From Auanema rhodensis (taxonomy: Eukaryota > Animalia > Nematoda), in assembly GCA_964057225.1 (NCBI GenBank), contig OZ059894.1:21204001-21268000 (forward strand): a stretch of 64,000 bases of DNA, written 5' to 3'. A program made the position numbers and the translations under genes. This document shows, piece by piece, positions 25,401-38,800 of the stretch. The notes beneath the pieces are model-generated. The model was given only the letters and a program-made list of their open reading frames with translations, was not told where the DNA came from and made no database searches. Within the stretch, counting starts at the first letter, position 1, and every line of letters begins with the position of its first letter.

Positions 25401-28400
25401 GTTGATATCTCGGTGCATTTTTAAGCTAGCGCAAATCTGATAACACAGATCGACGCAGCTTAAAAATCCGCATCGAATGCACTATACTACATCAAGAAAC
25501 GCTTAATACACAAATTAGTTATGATCGTTTGAAAAATGATGCATTAGTGTATGTTGAGTTTCCATGTACACTCAACATTGCTTCCAAAAACATTTTGACA
25601 AAAATTTTTTCGAAAAATTTCAAAATAATTTAGCAAAAAGTAGATGTTTTTAGATTCCTGTTTTTAAGGCAAAGACGATGGACAATGTTATTCAACGAAA
25701 AAATTAATTCTTCAGGGTGAAAATCGAGGATATAAGTGTGAACTTATATCAGTTGATATCTCGGTGCATTTTTAAGCTAGCGCAAATTTGATAACACAGA
25801 TCGACGCAGCTTAAAAATCCGCATCGAATGCACTATACTACATTGAGAAACGCTTGATAAAAAAATTAGTTATGTTCGTTTGAAAAATGATGCATTAGTG
25901 TATGTTGAGTTTCCATGTACACTCAACATTGCTTCCAAAAACATTTTGACAAAAATTTTTTCGAAAAATTTCAAAATAATTTAGCAAAAAGTAGATGTTT
26001 TTAGATTCCTTTTTTTTAAGGCAAAGACGATGGACAATGTTATTCAACGAAAAAATTAATTCTTCAGGGTGAAAATCGAGGATATAAGTGTGAACTTATA
26101 TCAGTTGATATCTCGGTGCAATTTTAAGCTAGCGCAAATCTGATAACACAGATCGACGCAGCTTAAAAATCCGCATCGAATGCACTATACTACATTGAGA
26201 AACGCTTAATACAAAAATTAGTTATGATCGTTTGAAAAATGATGCATTAGTGTATGTTGAGTTTCCATGTACACTCAACATTGCTTCCAAAAACATTTTG
26301 ACAAAAATTTTTTCGAAAAATTTCAAAATAATTTAGCAAAAAGTAGATGTTTTTAGATTTCTTTTTTCAAGGCAAAGACGATGGACAATGTTATTCAACG
26401 AAAAAATTAATTCTTCAGGGTGAAAATCGAGGATATAAGTGTGAACTTATATCAGTTGATATCTCGGTGCAATTTTAAGCTAGCGCAAATCTGATAACAC
26501 AGATCGACGCAGCTTAAAAATCCGCATCGAATGCACTATACTACATTGAGAAACGCTTAATACAAAAATTAGTTATGATCGTTTGAAAAATGATGCATTA
26601 GTGTATGTTGAGTTTCCATGTACACTCAACATTGCTTCCAAAAACATTTTGACAAAAATTTTTTCGAAAAATTTCAAAATAATTTAGCAAAAAGTAGATG
26701 TTTTTAGATTCCTTTTTCCAAGGCAAAGACGATGGACAATGTTATTCAACGAAAAAATTAATTCTTCAGGGTGAAAATCGAGGATATAAGTGTGAACTTA
26801 TATCAGTTGATATCTCGGTGCATTTTTAAGCTAGCGCAAATCTGATAACACAGATCGACGCAGCTTAAAAATCCGCATCGAATGCACTATACTACATCAA
26901 GAAACGCTTGATAAAAAAATTAGTTATGTTCGTTTGAAAAATGATGCATTAGTGTATGTTGAGTTTCCATGTACACTCAACATTGCTTCCAAAAACATTT
27001 TGACAAAAATTTTTTCGAAAAATTTCAAAATAATTTAGCAAAAAGTAGATGTTTTTAGATTCCTGTTTTTAAGGCAAAGACGATGGACAATGTTATTCAA
27101 CGAAAAAAATAATTCTTCAGGGTGAAAATCGAGGATATAAGTGTGAACTTATATCAGTTGATATCTCGGTGCATTTTTAAGCTAGCGCAAATTTGATAAC
27201 ACAGATCGACGCAGCTTAAAAATCCGCATCGAATGCACTATACTACATTGAGAAACGCTTGATACAAAAATTAGTTATGATCGTTTGAAAAATGATGCAT
27301 TAGTGTATGTTGAGTTTCCATGTACACTCAACATTGCTTCCAAAAACATTTTGACAAAAATTTTTTCGAAAAATTTCAAAATAATTTAGCAAAAAGTAGA
27401 TGTTTTTAGATTCCATTTTTCAAGGCAAAGACGATAGACAATGTTATTCAACGAAAAAATTAATTCTTCAGGGTGAAAATCGAGGATATAAGTGTGAACT
27501 TATATCAGTTGATATCTCGGTGCATTTTTAAGCTAGCGCAAATCTGATAACACAGATCGACGCAGCTTAAAAATCCGCATCGAATGCACTATACTACATC
27601 AAGAAACGCTTGATACAAAAATTAGTTATGATCGTTTGAAAAATGATGCATTAGTGTATGTTGAGTTTCCATGTACACTCAACATTGCTTCCAAAAACAT
27701 TTTGACAAAAATTTTTTCGAAAAATTTCAAAATAATTTAGCAAAAAGTAGATGTTTTTAGATTCCTGTTTTTAAGGCAAAGACGATGGACAATGTTATTC
27801 AACGAAAAAATTAATTCTTCAGGGTGAAAATCGAGGATATAAGTGTGAACTTATATCAGTTGATATCTCGGTGCATTTTTAAGCTAGCGCAAATCTGATA
27901 ACACAGATCGACGCAGCTTAAAAATCCGCATCGAATGCACTATACTACATTGAGAAACGCTTAATACAAAAATTAGTTATGATCGTTTGAAAAATGATGC
28001 ATTAGTGTATGTTGAGTTTCCATGTACACTCAACATTGCTTCCAAAAACATTTTGACAAAAATTTTTTCGAAAAATTTCAAAATAATTTAGCAAAAAGTA
28101 GATGTTTTTAGATTCCTGTTTTTAAGGCAAAGACGATGGACAATGTTATTCAACGAAAAAATTAATTCTTCAGGGTGAAAATCGAGGATATAAGTGTGAA
28201 CTTATATCAGTTGATATCTCGGTGCATTTTTAAGCTAGCGCAAATCTGATAACACAGATCGACGCAGCTTAAAAATCCGCATCGAATGCACTATACTACA
28301 TTGAGAAACGCTTAATACAAAAATTAGTTATGATCGTTTGAAAAATGATGCATTAGTGTATGTTGAGTTTCCATGTACACTCAACATTGCTTCCAAAAAC

Positions 28401-31400
28401 ATTTTGACAAAAATTTTTTCGAAAAATTTCAAAATAATTTAGCAAAAAGTAGATGTTTTTAGATTTCTTTTTTCAAGGCAAAGACGATGGACAATGTTAT
28501 TCAACGAAAAAATTAATTCTTCAGGGTGAAAATCGAGGATATAAGTGTAAACTTATATCAGTTGATATCTCGGTGCATTTTTAAGCTAGCGCACATCTGA
28601 TAACACAGATCGACGCAGCTTAAAAATCCGCATCGAATGCACTATACTACATTGAGAAACGCTTAATACAAAAATTAGTTATGATCGTTTGAAAAATGAT
28701 GCATTAGTGTATGTTGAGTTTCCATGTACACTCAACATTGCTTCCAAAAACATTTTGACAAAAATTTTTTCGAAAAATTTCAGAATAATTCAGCAAAAAG
28801 TAGATGTTTTTAGATTCCTTTTTCCAAGGCAAAGACGATGGACAATGTTATTCAACGAAAAAATTAATTCTTCAGGGTGAAAATCGAGGATATAAGTGTG
28901 AACTTATATCAATTGATATCTCGGTGCATTTTTAAGCTAGCGCAAATCTGATAACACAGATCGACGCAGCTTAAAAATCCGCATCGAATGCACTATTCTA
29001 CATTGAGAAACGTTTGATACAAAAATTAGTTATGATCGTTTGAAAAATGATGCATTAGTGTATGTTGAGTTTCCATGTACACTCAACATTGCTTCCAAAA
29101 ACATTTTGACAAAAATTTTTTCGAAAAATTTCAAAATAATTTAGCAAAAAGTAGATGTTTTTAGATTCCTTTTTTTAAGGCAAAGACGATGGACAATGTT
29201 ATTCAACGAAAAAATTAATTCTTCAGGGTGAAAATCGAGGATATAAGTGTGAACTTATATCAGTTGATATCTCGGTGCATTTTTAAGCTAGCGCAAATCT
29301 GATAACACAGATCGACGCAGCTTAAAAATCCGCATCGAATGCACTATTCTACATTGAGAAACGTTTGATACAAAAATTAGTTATGATCGTTTGAAAAATG
29401 ATGCATTAGTGTATGTTGAGTTTCCATGTACACTCAACATTGCTTCCAAAAACATTTTGACAAAAATTTTTTCGAAAAATTTCAGAATAATTCAGCAAAA
29501 AGTAGATGTTTTTAGATTCCTTTTTCCAAGGCAAAGACGATGGACAATGTTATTCAACGAAAAAATTAATTCTTCAGGGTGAAAATCGAGGATATAAGTG
29601 TGAACTTATATCAGTTGATATCTCGGTGCATTTTTAAGCTAGCGCACATCTGATAACACAGATCGACGCAGCTTAAAAATCCGCATCGAATGCACTATAC
29701 TACATTGAGAAACGCTTAATACAAAAATTAGTTATGATCGTTTGAAAAATGATGCATTAGTGTATGTTGAGTTTCCATGTACACTCAACATTGCTTCCAA
29801 AAACATTTTGACAAAAATTTTTTCGAAAAATTTCAGAATAATTCAGCAAAAAGTAGATGTTTTTAGATTCCTTTTTCCAAGGCAAAGACGATGGACAAAG
29901 TTATTCAACGAAAAAATTAATTCTTCAGGGTGAAAATCGAGGATATAAGTGTGAACTTATATCAGTTGATATCTCGGTGCATTTTTAAGCTAGCGCAAAT
30001 CTGATAACACAGATCGACGCAGCTTAAAAATCCGCATCGAATGCACTATACTACATTGAGAAACGCTTAATACAAAAATTAGTTATGATCGTTTGAAAAA
30101 TGATGCATTAGTGTATGTTGAGTTTCCATGTACACTCAACATTGCTTCCAAAAACATTTTGACAAAAATTTTTTCGAAAAATTTCAGAATAATTCAGCAA
30201 AAAGTAGATGTTTTTAGATTCCTTTTTCCAAGGCAAAGACGATGGACAATGTTATTCAACGAAAAAATTAATTCTTCAGGGTGAAAATCGAGGATATAAG
30301 TGTAAACTTATATCAGTTGATATCTCGGTGCATTTTTAAGCTAGCGCAAATCTGATAACACAGATCGACGCAGCTTAAAAATCCGCATCGAATGCACTAT
30401 ACTACATTGAGAAACGCTTAATACACAAATTAGTTATGATCGTTTGAAAAATGATGCATTAGTGTATGTTGAGTTTCCATGTACACTCAACATTGCTTCC
30501 AAAAACATTTTGACAAAAATTTTTTCGAAAAATTTCAGAATAATTCAGCAAAAAGTAGATGTTTTTAGATTCCTTTTTCCAAGGCAAAGACGATGGACAA
30601 TGTTATTCAACGAAAAAATTAATTCTTCAGGGTGAAAATCGAGGATATAAGTGTGAACTTATATCAGTTGATATCTCGGTGCATTTTTAAGCTAGCGCAA
30701 ATCTGATAACACAGATCGACGCAGCTTAAAAATCCGCATCGAATGCACTATACTACATCAAGAAACGCTTAATACACAAATTAGTTATGATCGTTTGAAA
30801 AATGATGCATTAGTGTATGTTGAGTTTCCATGTACACTCAACATTGCTTCCAAAAACATTTTGACAAAAATTTTTTCGAAAAATTTCAAAATAATTTAGC
30901 AAAAAGTAGATGTTTTTAGATTCCTGTTTTTAAGGCAAAGACGATGGACAATGTTATTCAACGAAAAAATTAATTCTTCAGGGTGAAAATCGAGGATATA
31001 AGTGTAAACTTATATCAGTTGATATCTCGGTGCATTTTTAAGCTAGCGCAAATTTGATAACACAGATCGACGCAGCTTAAAAATCCGCATCGAATGCACT
31101 ATACTACATTGAGAAACGCTTAATACAAAAATTAGTTATGATCGTTTGAAAAATGATGCATTAGTGTATGTTGAGTTTCCATGTACACTCAACATTGCTT
31201 CCAAAAACATTTTGACAAAAATTTTTTCGAAAAATTTCAAAATAATTTAGCAAAAAGTAGATGTTTTTAGATTTCTTTTTTCAAGGCAAAGACGATGGAC
31301 AATGTTATTCAACGAAAAAATTAATTCTTCAGGGTGAAAATCGAGGATATAAGTGTAAACTTATATCAGTTGATATCTCGGTGCATTTTTAAGCTAGCGC

Positions 31401-32809
31401 ACATCTGATAACACAGATCGACGCAGCTTAAAAATCCGCATCGAATGCACTATACTACATTGAGAAACGCTTAATACACAAATTAGTTATGATCGTTTGA
31501 AAAATGATGCATTAGTGTATGTTGAGTTTCCATGTACACTCAACTTTGCTTCCAAAAACATTTTGACAAAAATTTTTTCGAAAAATTTCAAAATAATTTA
31601 GCAAAAAGTAGATGTTTTTAGATTCCTTTTTTTAAGGCAAAGACGATGGACAATGTTATTCAACGAAAAAATTAATTCTTCAGGGTGAAAATCGAGGATA
31701 TAAGTGTGAACTTATATCAGTTGATATCTCGGTGCATTTTTAAGCTAGCGCAAATCTGATAACACAGATCGACGCAGCTTAAAAATCCGCATCGAATGCA
31801 CTATACTACATCAAGAAACGCTTAATACACAAATTAGTTATGATCGTTTGAAAAATGATGCATTAGTGTATGTTGAGTTTCCATGTACACTCAACATTGC
31901 TTCCAAAAACATTTTGACAAAAATTTTTTCGAAAAATTTCAAAATAATTTAGCAAAAAGTAGATGTTTTTAGATTCCTGTTTTTAAGGCAAAGACGATGG
32001 ACAATGTTATTCAACGAAAAAATTAATTCTTCAGGGTGAAAATCGAGGATATAAGTGTGAACTTATATCAGTTGATATCTCGGTGCATTTTTAAGCTAGC
32101 GCAAATTTGATAACACAGATCGACGCAGCTTAAAAATCCGCATCGAATGCACTATACTACATTGAGAAACGCTTGATAAAAAAATTAGTTATGTTCGTTT
32201 GAAAAATGATGCATTAGTGTATGTTGAGTTTCCATGTACACTCAACATTGCTTCCAAAAACATTTTGACAAAAATTTTTTCGAAAAATTTCAAAATAATT
32301 TAGCAAAAAGTAGATGTTTTTAGATTCCTTTTTTCAAGGCAAAGACGATGGACAATGTTATTCAACGAAAAAATTAATTCTTCAGGGTGAAAATCGAGGA
32401 TATAAGTGTAAACTTATATCAGTTGATATCTCGGTGCATTTTTAAGCTAGCGCAAATCTGATAACACAGATCGACGCAGCTTAAAAATCCGCATCGAATG
32501 CACTATACTACATTGAGAAACGCATAATACAAAAATTAGTTATGATCGTTTGAAAAATGATGCATTAGTGTATGTTGAGTTTCCATGTACACTCAACATT
32601 GCTTCCAAAAACATTTTGACAAAAATTTTTTCGAAAAATTTCAAAATAATTTAGCAAAAAGTAGATGTTTTTAGATTTCTTTTTTCAAGGCAAAGACGAT
32701 GGACAATGTTATTCAACGAAAAAATTAATTCTTCAGGGTGAAAATCGAGGATATAAGTGTAAACTTATATCAGTTGATATCTCGGTGCATTTTTAAGCTA
32801 GCGCACATC

Positions 32810-35800
32810 TGATAACACAGATCGACGCAGCTTAAAAATCCGCATCGAATGCACTATACTACATTGAGAAACGCTTAATACAAAAATTAGTTATGATCGT
32901 TTGAAAAATGATGCATTAGTGTATGTTGAGTTTCCATGTACACTCAACATTGCTTCCAAAAACATTTTGACAAAAATTTTTTCGAAAAATTTCAGAATAA
33001 TTCAGCAAAAAGTAGATGTTTTTAGATTCCTTTTTCCAAGGCAAAGACGATGGACAATGTTATTCAACGAAAAAATTAATTCTTCAGGGTGAAAATCGAG
33101 GATATAAGTGTGAACTTATATCAGTTGATATCTCGGTGCATTTTTAAGCTAGCGCAAATCTGATAACACAGATCGACGCAGCTTAAAAATCCGCATCGAA
33201 TGCATTATACTACATCAAGAAACGCTTAATACACAAATTAGTTATGATCGTTTGAAAAATGATGCATTAGTGTATGTTGAGTTTCCATGTACACTCAACA
33301 TTGCTTCCAAAAACATTTTGACAAAAATTTTTTCGAAAAATTTCAAAATAATTTAGCAAAAAGTAGATGTTTTTAGATTCCTGTTTTTAAGGCAAAGACG
33401 ATGGACAATGTTATTCAACGAAAAAATTAATTCTTCAGGGTGAAAATCGAGGATATAAGTGTGAACTTATATCAGTTGATATCTCGGTGCATTTTTAAGC
33501 TAGCGCAAATTTGATAACACAGATCGACGCAGCTTAAAAATCCGCATCGAATGCACTATACTACATTGAGAAACGCTTGATAAAAAAATTAGTTATGTTC
33601 GTTTGAAAAATGATGCATTAGTGTATGTTGAGTTTCCATGTACACTCAACATTGCTTCCAAAAACATTTTGACAAAAATTTTTTCGAAAAATTTCAAAAT
33701 AATTTAGCAAAAAGTAGATGTTTTTAGATTCCTTTTTTTAAGGCAAAGACGATGGACAATGTTTTTCAACGAAAAAATTAATTCTTCAGGGTGAAAATCG
33801 AGGATATAAGTGTAAACTTATATCAGTTGATATCTCGGTGCATTTTTAAGCTAGCGCAAATCTGATAACACAGATCGACGCAGCTTAAAAATCCGCATCG
33901 AATGCACTATACTACATTGAGAAACGCTTAATACAAAAATTAGTTATGATCGTTTGAAAAATGATGCATTAGTGTATGTTGAGTTTCCATGTACACTCAA
34001 CATTGCTTCCAAAAACATTTTGACAAAAATTTTTTCGAAAAATTTCAAAATAATTTAGCAAAAAGTAGATGTTTTTAGATTTCTTTTTTCAAGGCAAAGA
34101 CGATGGACAATGTTATTCAACGAAAAAATTAATTCTTCAGGGTGAAAATCGAGGATATAAGTGTAAACTTATATCAGTTGATATCTCGGTGCATTTTTAA
34201 GCTAGCGCACATCTGATAACACAGATCGACGCAGCTTAAAAATCCGCATCGAATGCACTATACTACATTGAGAAACGTTTGATACAAAAATTAGTTATGA
34301 TCGTTTGAAAAATGATGCATTAGTGTATGTTGAGTTTCCATGTACACTCAACATTGCTTCCAAAAACATTTTGACAAAAATTTTTTCGAAAAATTTCAAA
34401 ATAATTTAGCAAAAAGTAGATGTTTTTAGATTCCTTTTTTTAAGGCAAAGACGATGGACAATGTTATTCAACGAAAAAATTAATTCTTCAGGGTGAAAAT
34501 CGAGGATATAAGTGTGAACTTATATCAGTTGATATCTCGGTGCATTTTTAAGCTAGCGCAAATCTGATAACACAGATCGACGCAGCTTAAAAATCCGCAT
34601 CGAATGCACTATACTACATTGAGAAACGCTTAATACACAAATTAGTTATGATCGTTTGAAAAATGATGCATTAGTGTATGTTGAGTTTCCATGTACACTC
34701 AACATTGCTTCCAAAAACATTTTGACAAAAATTTTTTCGAAAAATTTCAAAATAATTTAGCAAAAAGTAGATGTTTTTAGATTTTTTTTTTCAAGGCAAA
34801 GACGATGGACAATGTTATTCAACGAAAAAATTAATTCTTCAGGGTGAAAATCGAGGATATAAGTGTGAACTTATATCAGTTGATATCTCGGTGCATTTTT
34901 AAGCTAGCGCAAATCTGATAACACAGATCGACGCAGCTTAAAAATCCGCATCGAATGCACTATACTACATCAAGAAACGCTTAATACACAAATTAGTTAT
35001 GATCGTTTGAAAAATGATGCATTAGTGTATGTTGAGTTTCCATGTACACTCAACATTGCTTCCAAAAACATTTTGACAAAAATTTTTTCGAAAAATTTCA
35101 AAATAATTTAGCAAAAAGTAGATGTTTTTAGATTCCTGTTTTTAAGGCAAAGACGATGGACAATGTTATTCAACGAAAAAATTAATTCTTCAGGGTGAAA
35201 ATCGAGGATATAAGTGTGAACTTATATCAGTTGATATCTCGGTGCATTTTTAAGCTAGCGCAAATTTGATAACACAGATCGACGCAGCTTAAAAATCCGC
35301 ATCGAATGCACTATACTACATTGAGAAACGCTTGATAAAAAAATTAGTTATGTTCGTTTGAAAAATGATGCATTAGTGTATGTTGAGTTTCCATGTACAC
35401 TCAACATTGCTTCCAAAAACATTTTGACAAAAATTTTTTCGAAAAATTTCAAAATAATTTAGCAAAAAGTAGATGTTTTTAGATTCCTTTTTTTAAGGCA
35501 AAGACGATGGACAATGTTTTTCAACGAAAAAATTAATTCTTCAGGGTGAAAATCGAGGATATAAGTGTAAACTTATATCAGTTGATATCTCGGTGCATTT
35601 TTAAGCTAGCGCAAATCTGATAACACAGATCGACGCAGCTTAAAAATCCGCATCGAATGCACTATACTACATTGAGAAACGCTTAATACAAAAATTAGTT
35701 ATGATCGTTTGAAAAATGATGCATTAGTGTATGTTGAGTTTCCATGTACACTCAACATTGCTTCCAAAAACATTTTGACAAAAATTTTTTCGAAAAATTT

Positions 35801-38800
35801 CAAAATAATTTAGCAAAAAGTAGATGTTTTTAGATTTCTTTTTTCAAGGCAAAGACGATGGACAATGTTATTCAACGAAAAAATTAATTCTTCAGGGTGA
35901 AAATCGAGGATATAAGTGTAAACTTATATCAGTTGATATCTCGGTGCATTTTTAAGCTAGCGCACATCTGATAACACAGATCGACGCAGCTTAAAAATCC
36001 GCATCGAATGCACTATACTACATTGAGAAACGTTTGATACAAAAATTAGTTATGATCGTTTGAAAAATGATGCATTAGTGTATGTTGAGTTTCCATGTAC
36101 ACTCAACATTGCTTCCAAAAACATTTTGACAAAAATTTTTTCGAAAAATTTCAAAATAATTTAGCAAAAAGTAGATGTTTTTAGATTCCTTTTTTTAAGG
36201 CAAAGACGATGGACAATGTTATTCAACGAAAAAATTAATTCTTCAGGGTGAAAATCGAGGATATAAGTGTGAACTTATATCAGTTGATATCTCGGTGCAT
36301 TTTTAAGCTAGCGCAAATCTGATAACACAGATCGACGCAGCTTAAAAATCCGCATCGAATGCACTATACTACATTGAGAAACGCTTAATACACAAATTAG
36401 TTATGATCGTTTGAAAAATGATGCATTAGTGTATGTTGAGTTTCCATGTACACTCAACATTGCTTCCAAAAACATTTTGACAAAAATTTTTTCGAAAAAT
36501 TTCAAAATAATTTAGCAAAAAGTAGATGTTTTTAGATTTTTTTTTTCAAGGCAAAGACGATGGACAATGTTATTCAACGAAAAAATTAATTCTTCAGGGT
36601 GAAAATCGAGGATATAAGTGTGAACTTATATCAGTTGATATCTCGGTGCATTTTTAAGCTAGCGCAAATCTGATAACACAGATCGACGCAGCTTAAAAAT
36701 CTGCATCGAATGCACTATACTACATCAAGAAACGCTTAATACACAAATTAGTTATGATCGTTTGAAAAATGATGCATTAGTGTATGTTGAGTTTCCATGT
36801 ACACTCAACATTGCTTCCAAAAACATTTTGACAAAAATTTTTTCGAAAAATTTCAAAATAATTTAGCAAAAAGTAGATGTTTTTAGATTTTTTTTTTCAA
36901 GGCAAAGACGATGGACAATGTTATTCAACGAAAAAATTAATTCTTCAGGGTGAAAATCGAGGATATAAGTGTGAACTTATATCAGTTGATATCTCGGTGC
37001 ATTTTTAAGCTAGCGCAAATCTGATAACACAGATCGACGCAGCTTAAAAATCCGCATCGAATGCACTATACTACATTGAGAAACGCTTAATACAAAAATT
37101 AGTTATGATCGTTTGAAAAATGATGCATTAGTGTATGTTGAGTTTCCATGTACACTCAACATTGCTTCCAAAAACATTTTGACAAAAATTTTTTCGAAAA
37201 ATTTCAGAATAATTCAGCAAAAAGTAGATGTTTTTAGATTCCTTTTTCCAAGGCAAAGACGATGGACAATGTTATTCAACGAAAAAATTAATTCTTCAGG
37301 GTGAAAATCGAGGATATAAGTGTGAACTTATATCAGTTGATATCTCGGTGCATTTTTAAGCTAGCGCAAATCTGATAACACAGATCGACGCAGCTTAAAA
37401 ATCCGCATCGAATGCACTATACTACATCAAGAAACGCTTAATACACAAATTAGTTATGATCGTTTGAAAAATGATGCATTAGTGTATGTTGAGTTTCCAT
37501 GTACACTCAACATTGCTTCCAAAAACATTTTGACAAAAATTTTTTCGAAAAATTTCAAAATAATTTAGCAAAAAGTAGATGTTTTTAGATTCCTGTTTTT
37601 AAGGCAAAGACGATGGACAATGTTATTCAACGAAAAAATTAATTCTTCAGGGTGAAAATCGAGGATATAAGTGTGAACTTATATCAGTTGATATCTCGGT
37701 GCATTTTTAAGCTAGCGCAAATCTGATAACACAGATCGACGCAGCTTAAAAATCTGCATCGAATGCACTATACTACATTGAGAAACGCTTGATAAAAAAA
37801 TTAGTTATGATCGTTTGAAAAATGATGCATTAGTGTATGTTGAGTTTCCATGTACACTCAACATTGCTTCCAAAAACATTTTGACAAAAATTTTTTCGAA
37901 AAATTTCAAAATAATTTAGCAAAAAGTAGATGTTTTTAGATTCCTTTTTTTAAGGCAAAGACGATGGACAATGTTTTTCAACGAAAAAATTAATTCTTCA
38001 GGGTGAAAATCGAGGATATAAGTGTAAACTTATATCAGTTGATATCTCGGTGCATTTTTAAGCTAGCGCAAATCTGATAACACAGATCGACGCAGCTTAA
38101 AAATCCGCATCGAATGCACTATACTACATTGAGAAACGCTTAATACAAAAATTAGTTATGATCGTTTGAAAAATGATGCATTAGTGTATGTTGAGTTTCC
38201 ATGTACACTCAACATTGCTTCCAAAAACATTTTGACAAAAATTTTTTCGAAAAATTTCAAAATAATTTAGCAAAAAGTAGATGTTTTTAGATTTCTTTTT
38301 TCAAGGCAAAGACGATGGACAATGTTATTCAACGAAAAAATTAATTCTTCAGGGTGAAAATCGAGGATATAAGTGTAAACTTATATCAGTTGATATCTCG
38401 GTGCATTTTTAAGCTAGCGCACATCTGATAACACAGATCGACGCAGCTTAAAAATCCGCATCGAATGCACTATACTACATTGAGAAACGTTTGATACAAA
38501 AATTAGTTATGATCGTTTGAAAAATGATGCATTAGTGTATGTTGAGTTTCCATGTACACTCAACTTTGCTTCCAAAAACATTTTGACAAAAATTTTTTCG
38601 AAAAATTTCAAAATAATTTAGCAAAAAGTAGATGTTTTTAGATTCCTTTTTTTAAGGCAAAGACGATGGACAATGTTATTCAACGAAAAAATTAATTCTT
38701 CAGGGTGAAAATCGAGGATATAAGTGTGAACTTATATCAGTTGATATCTCGGTGCATTTTTAAGCTAGCGCAAATCTGATAACACAGATCGACGCAGCTT

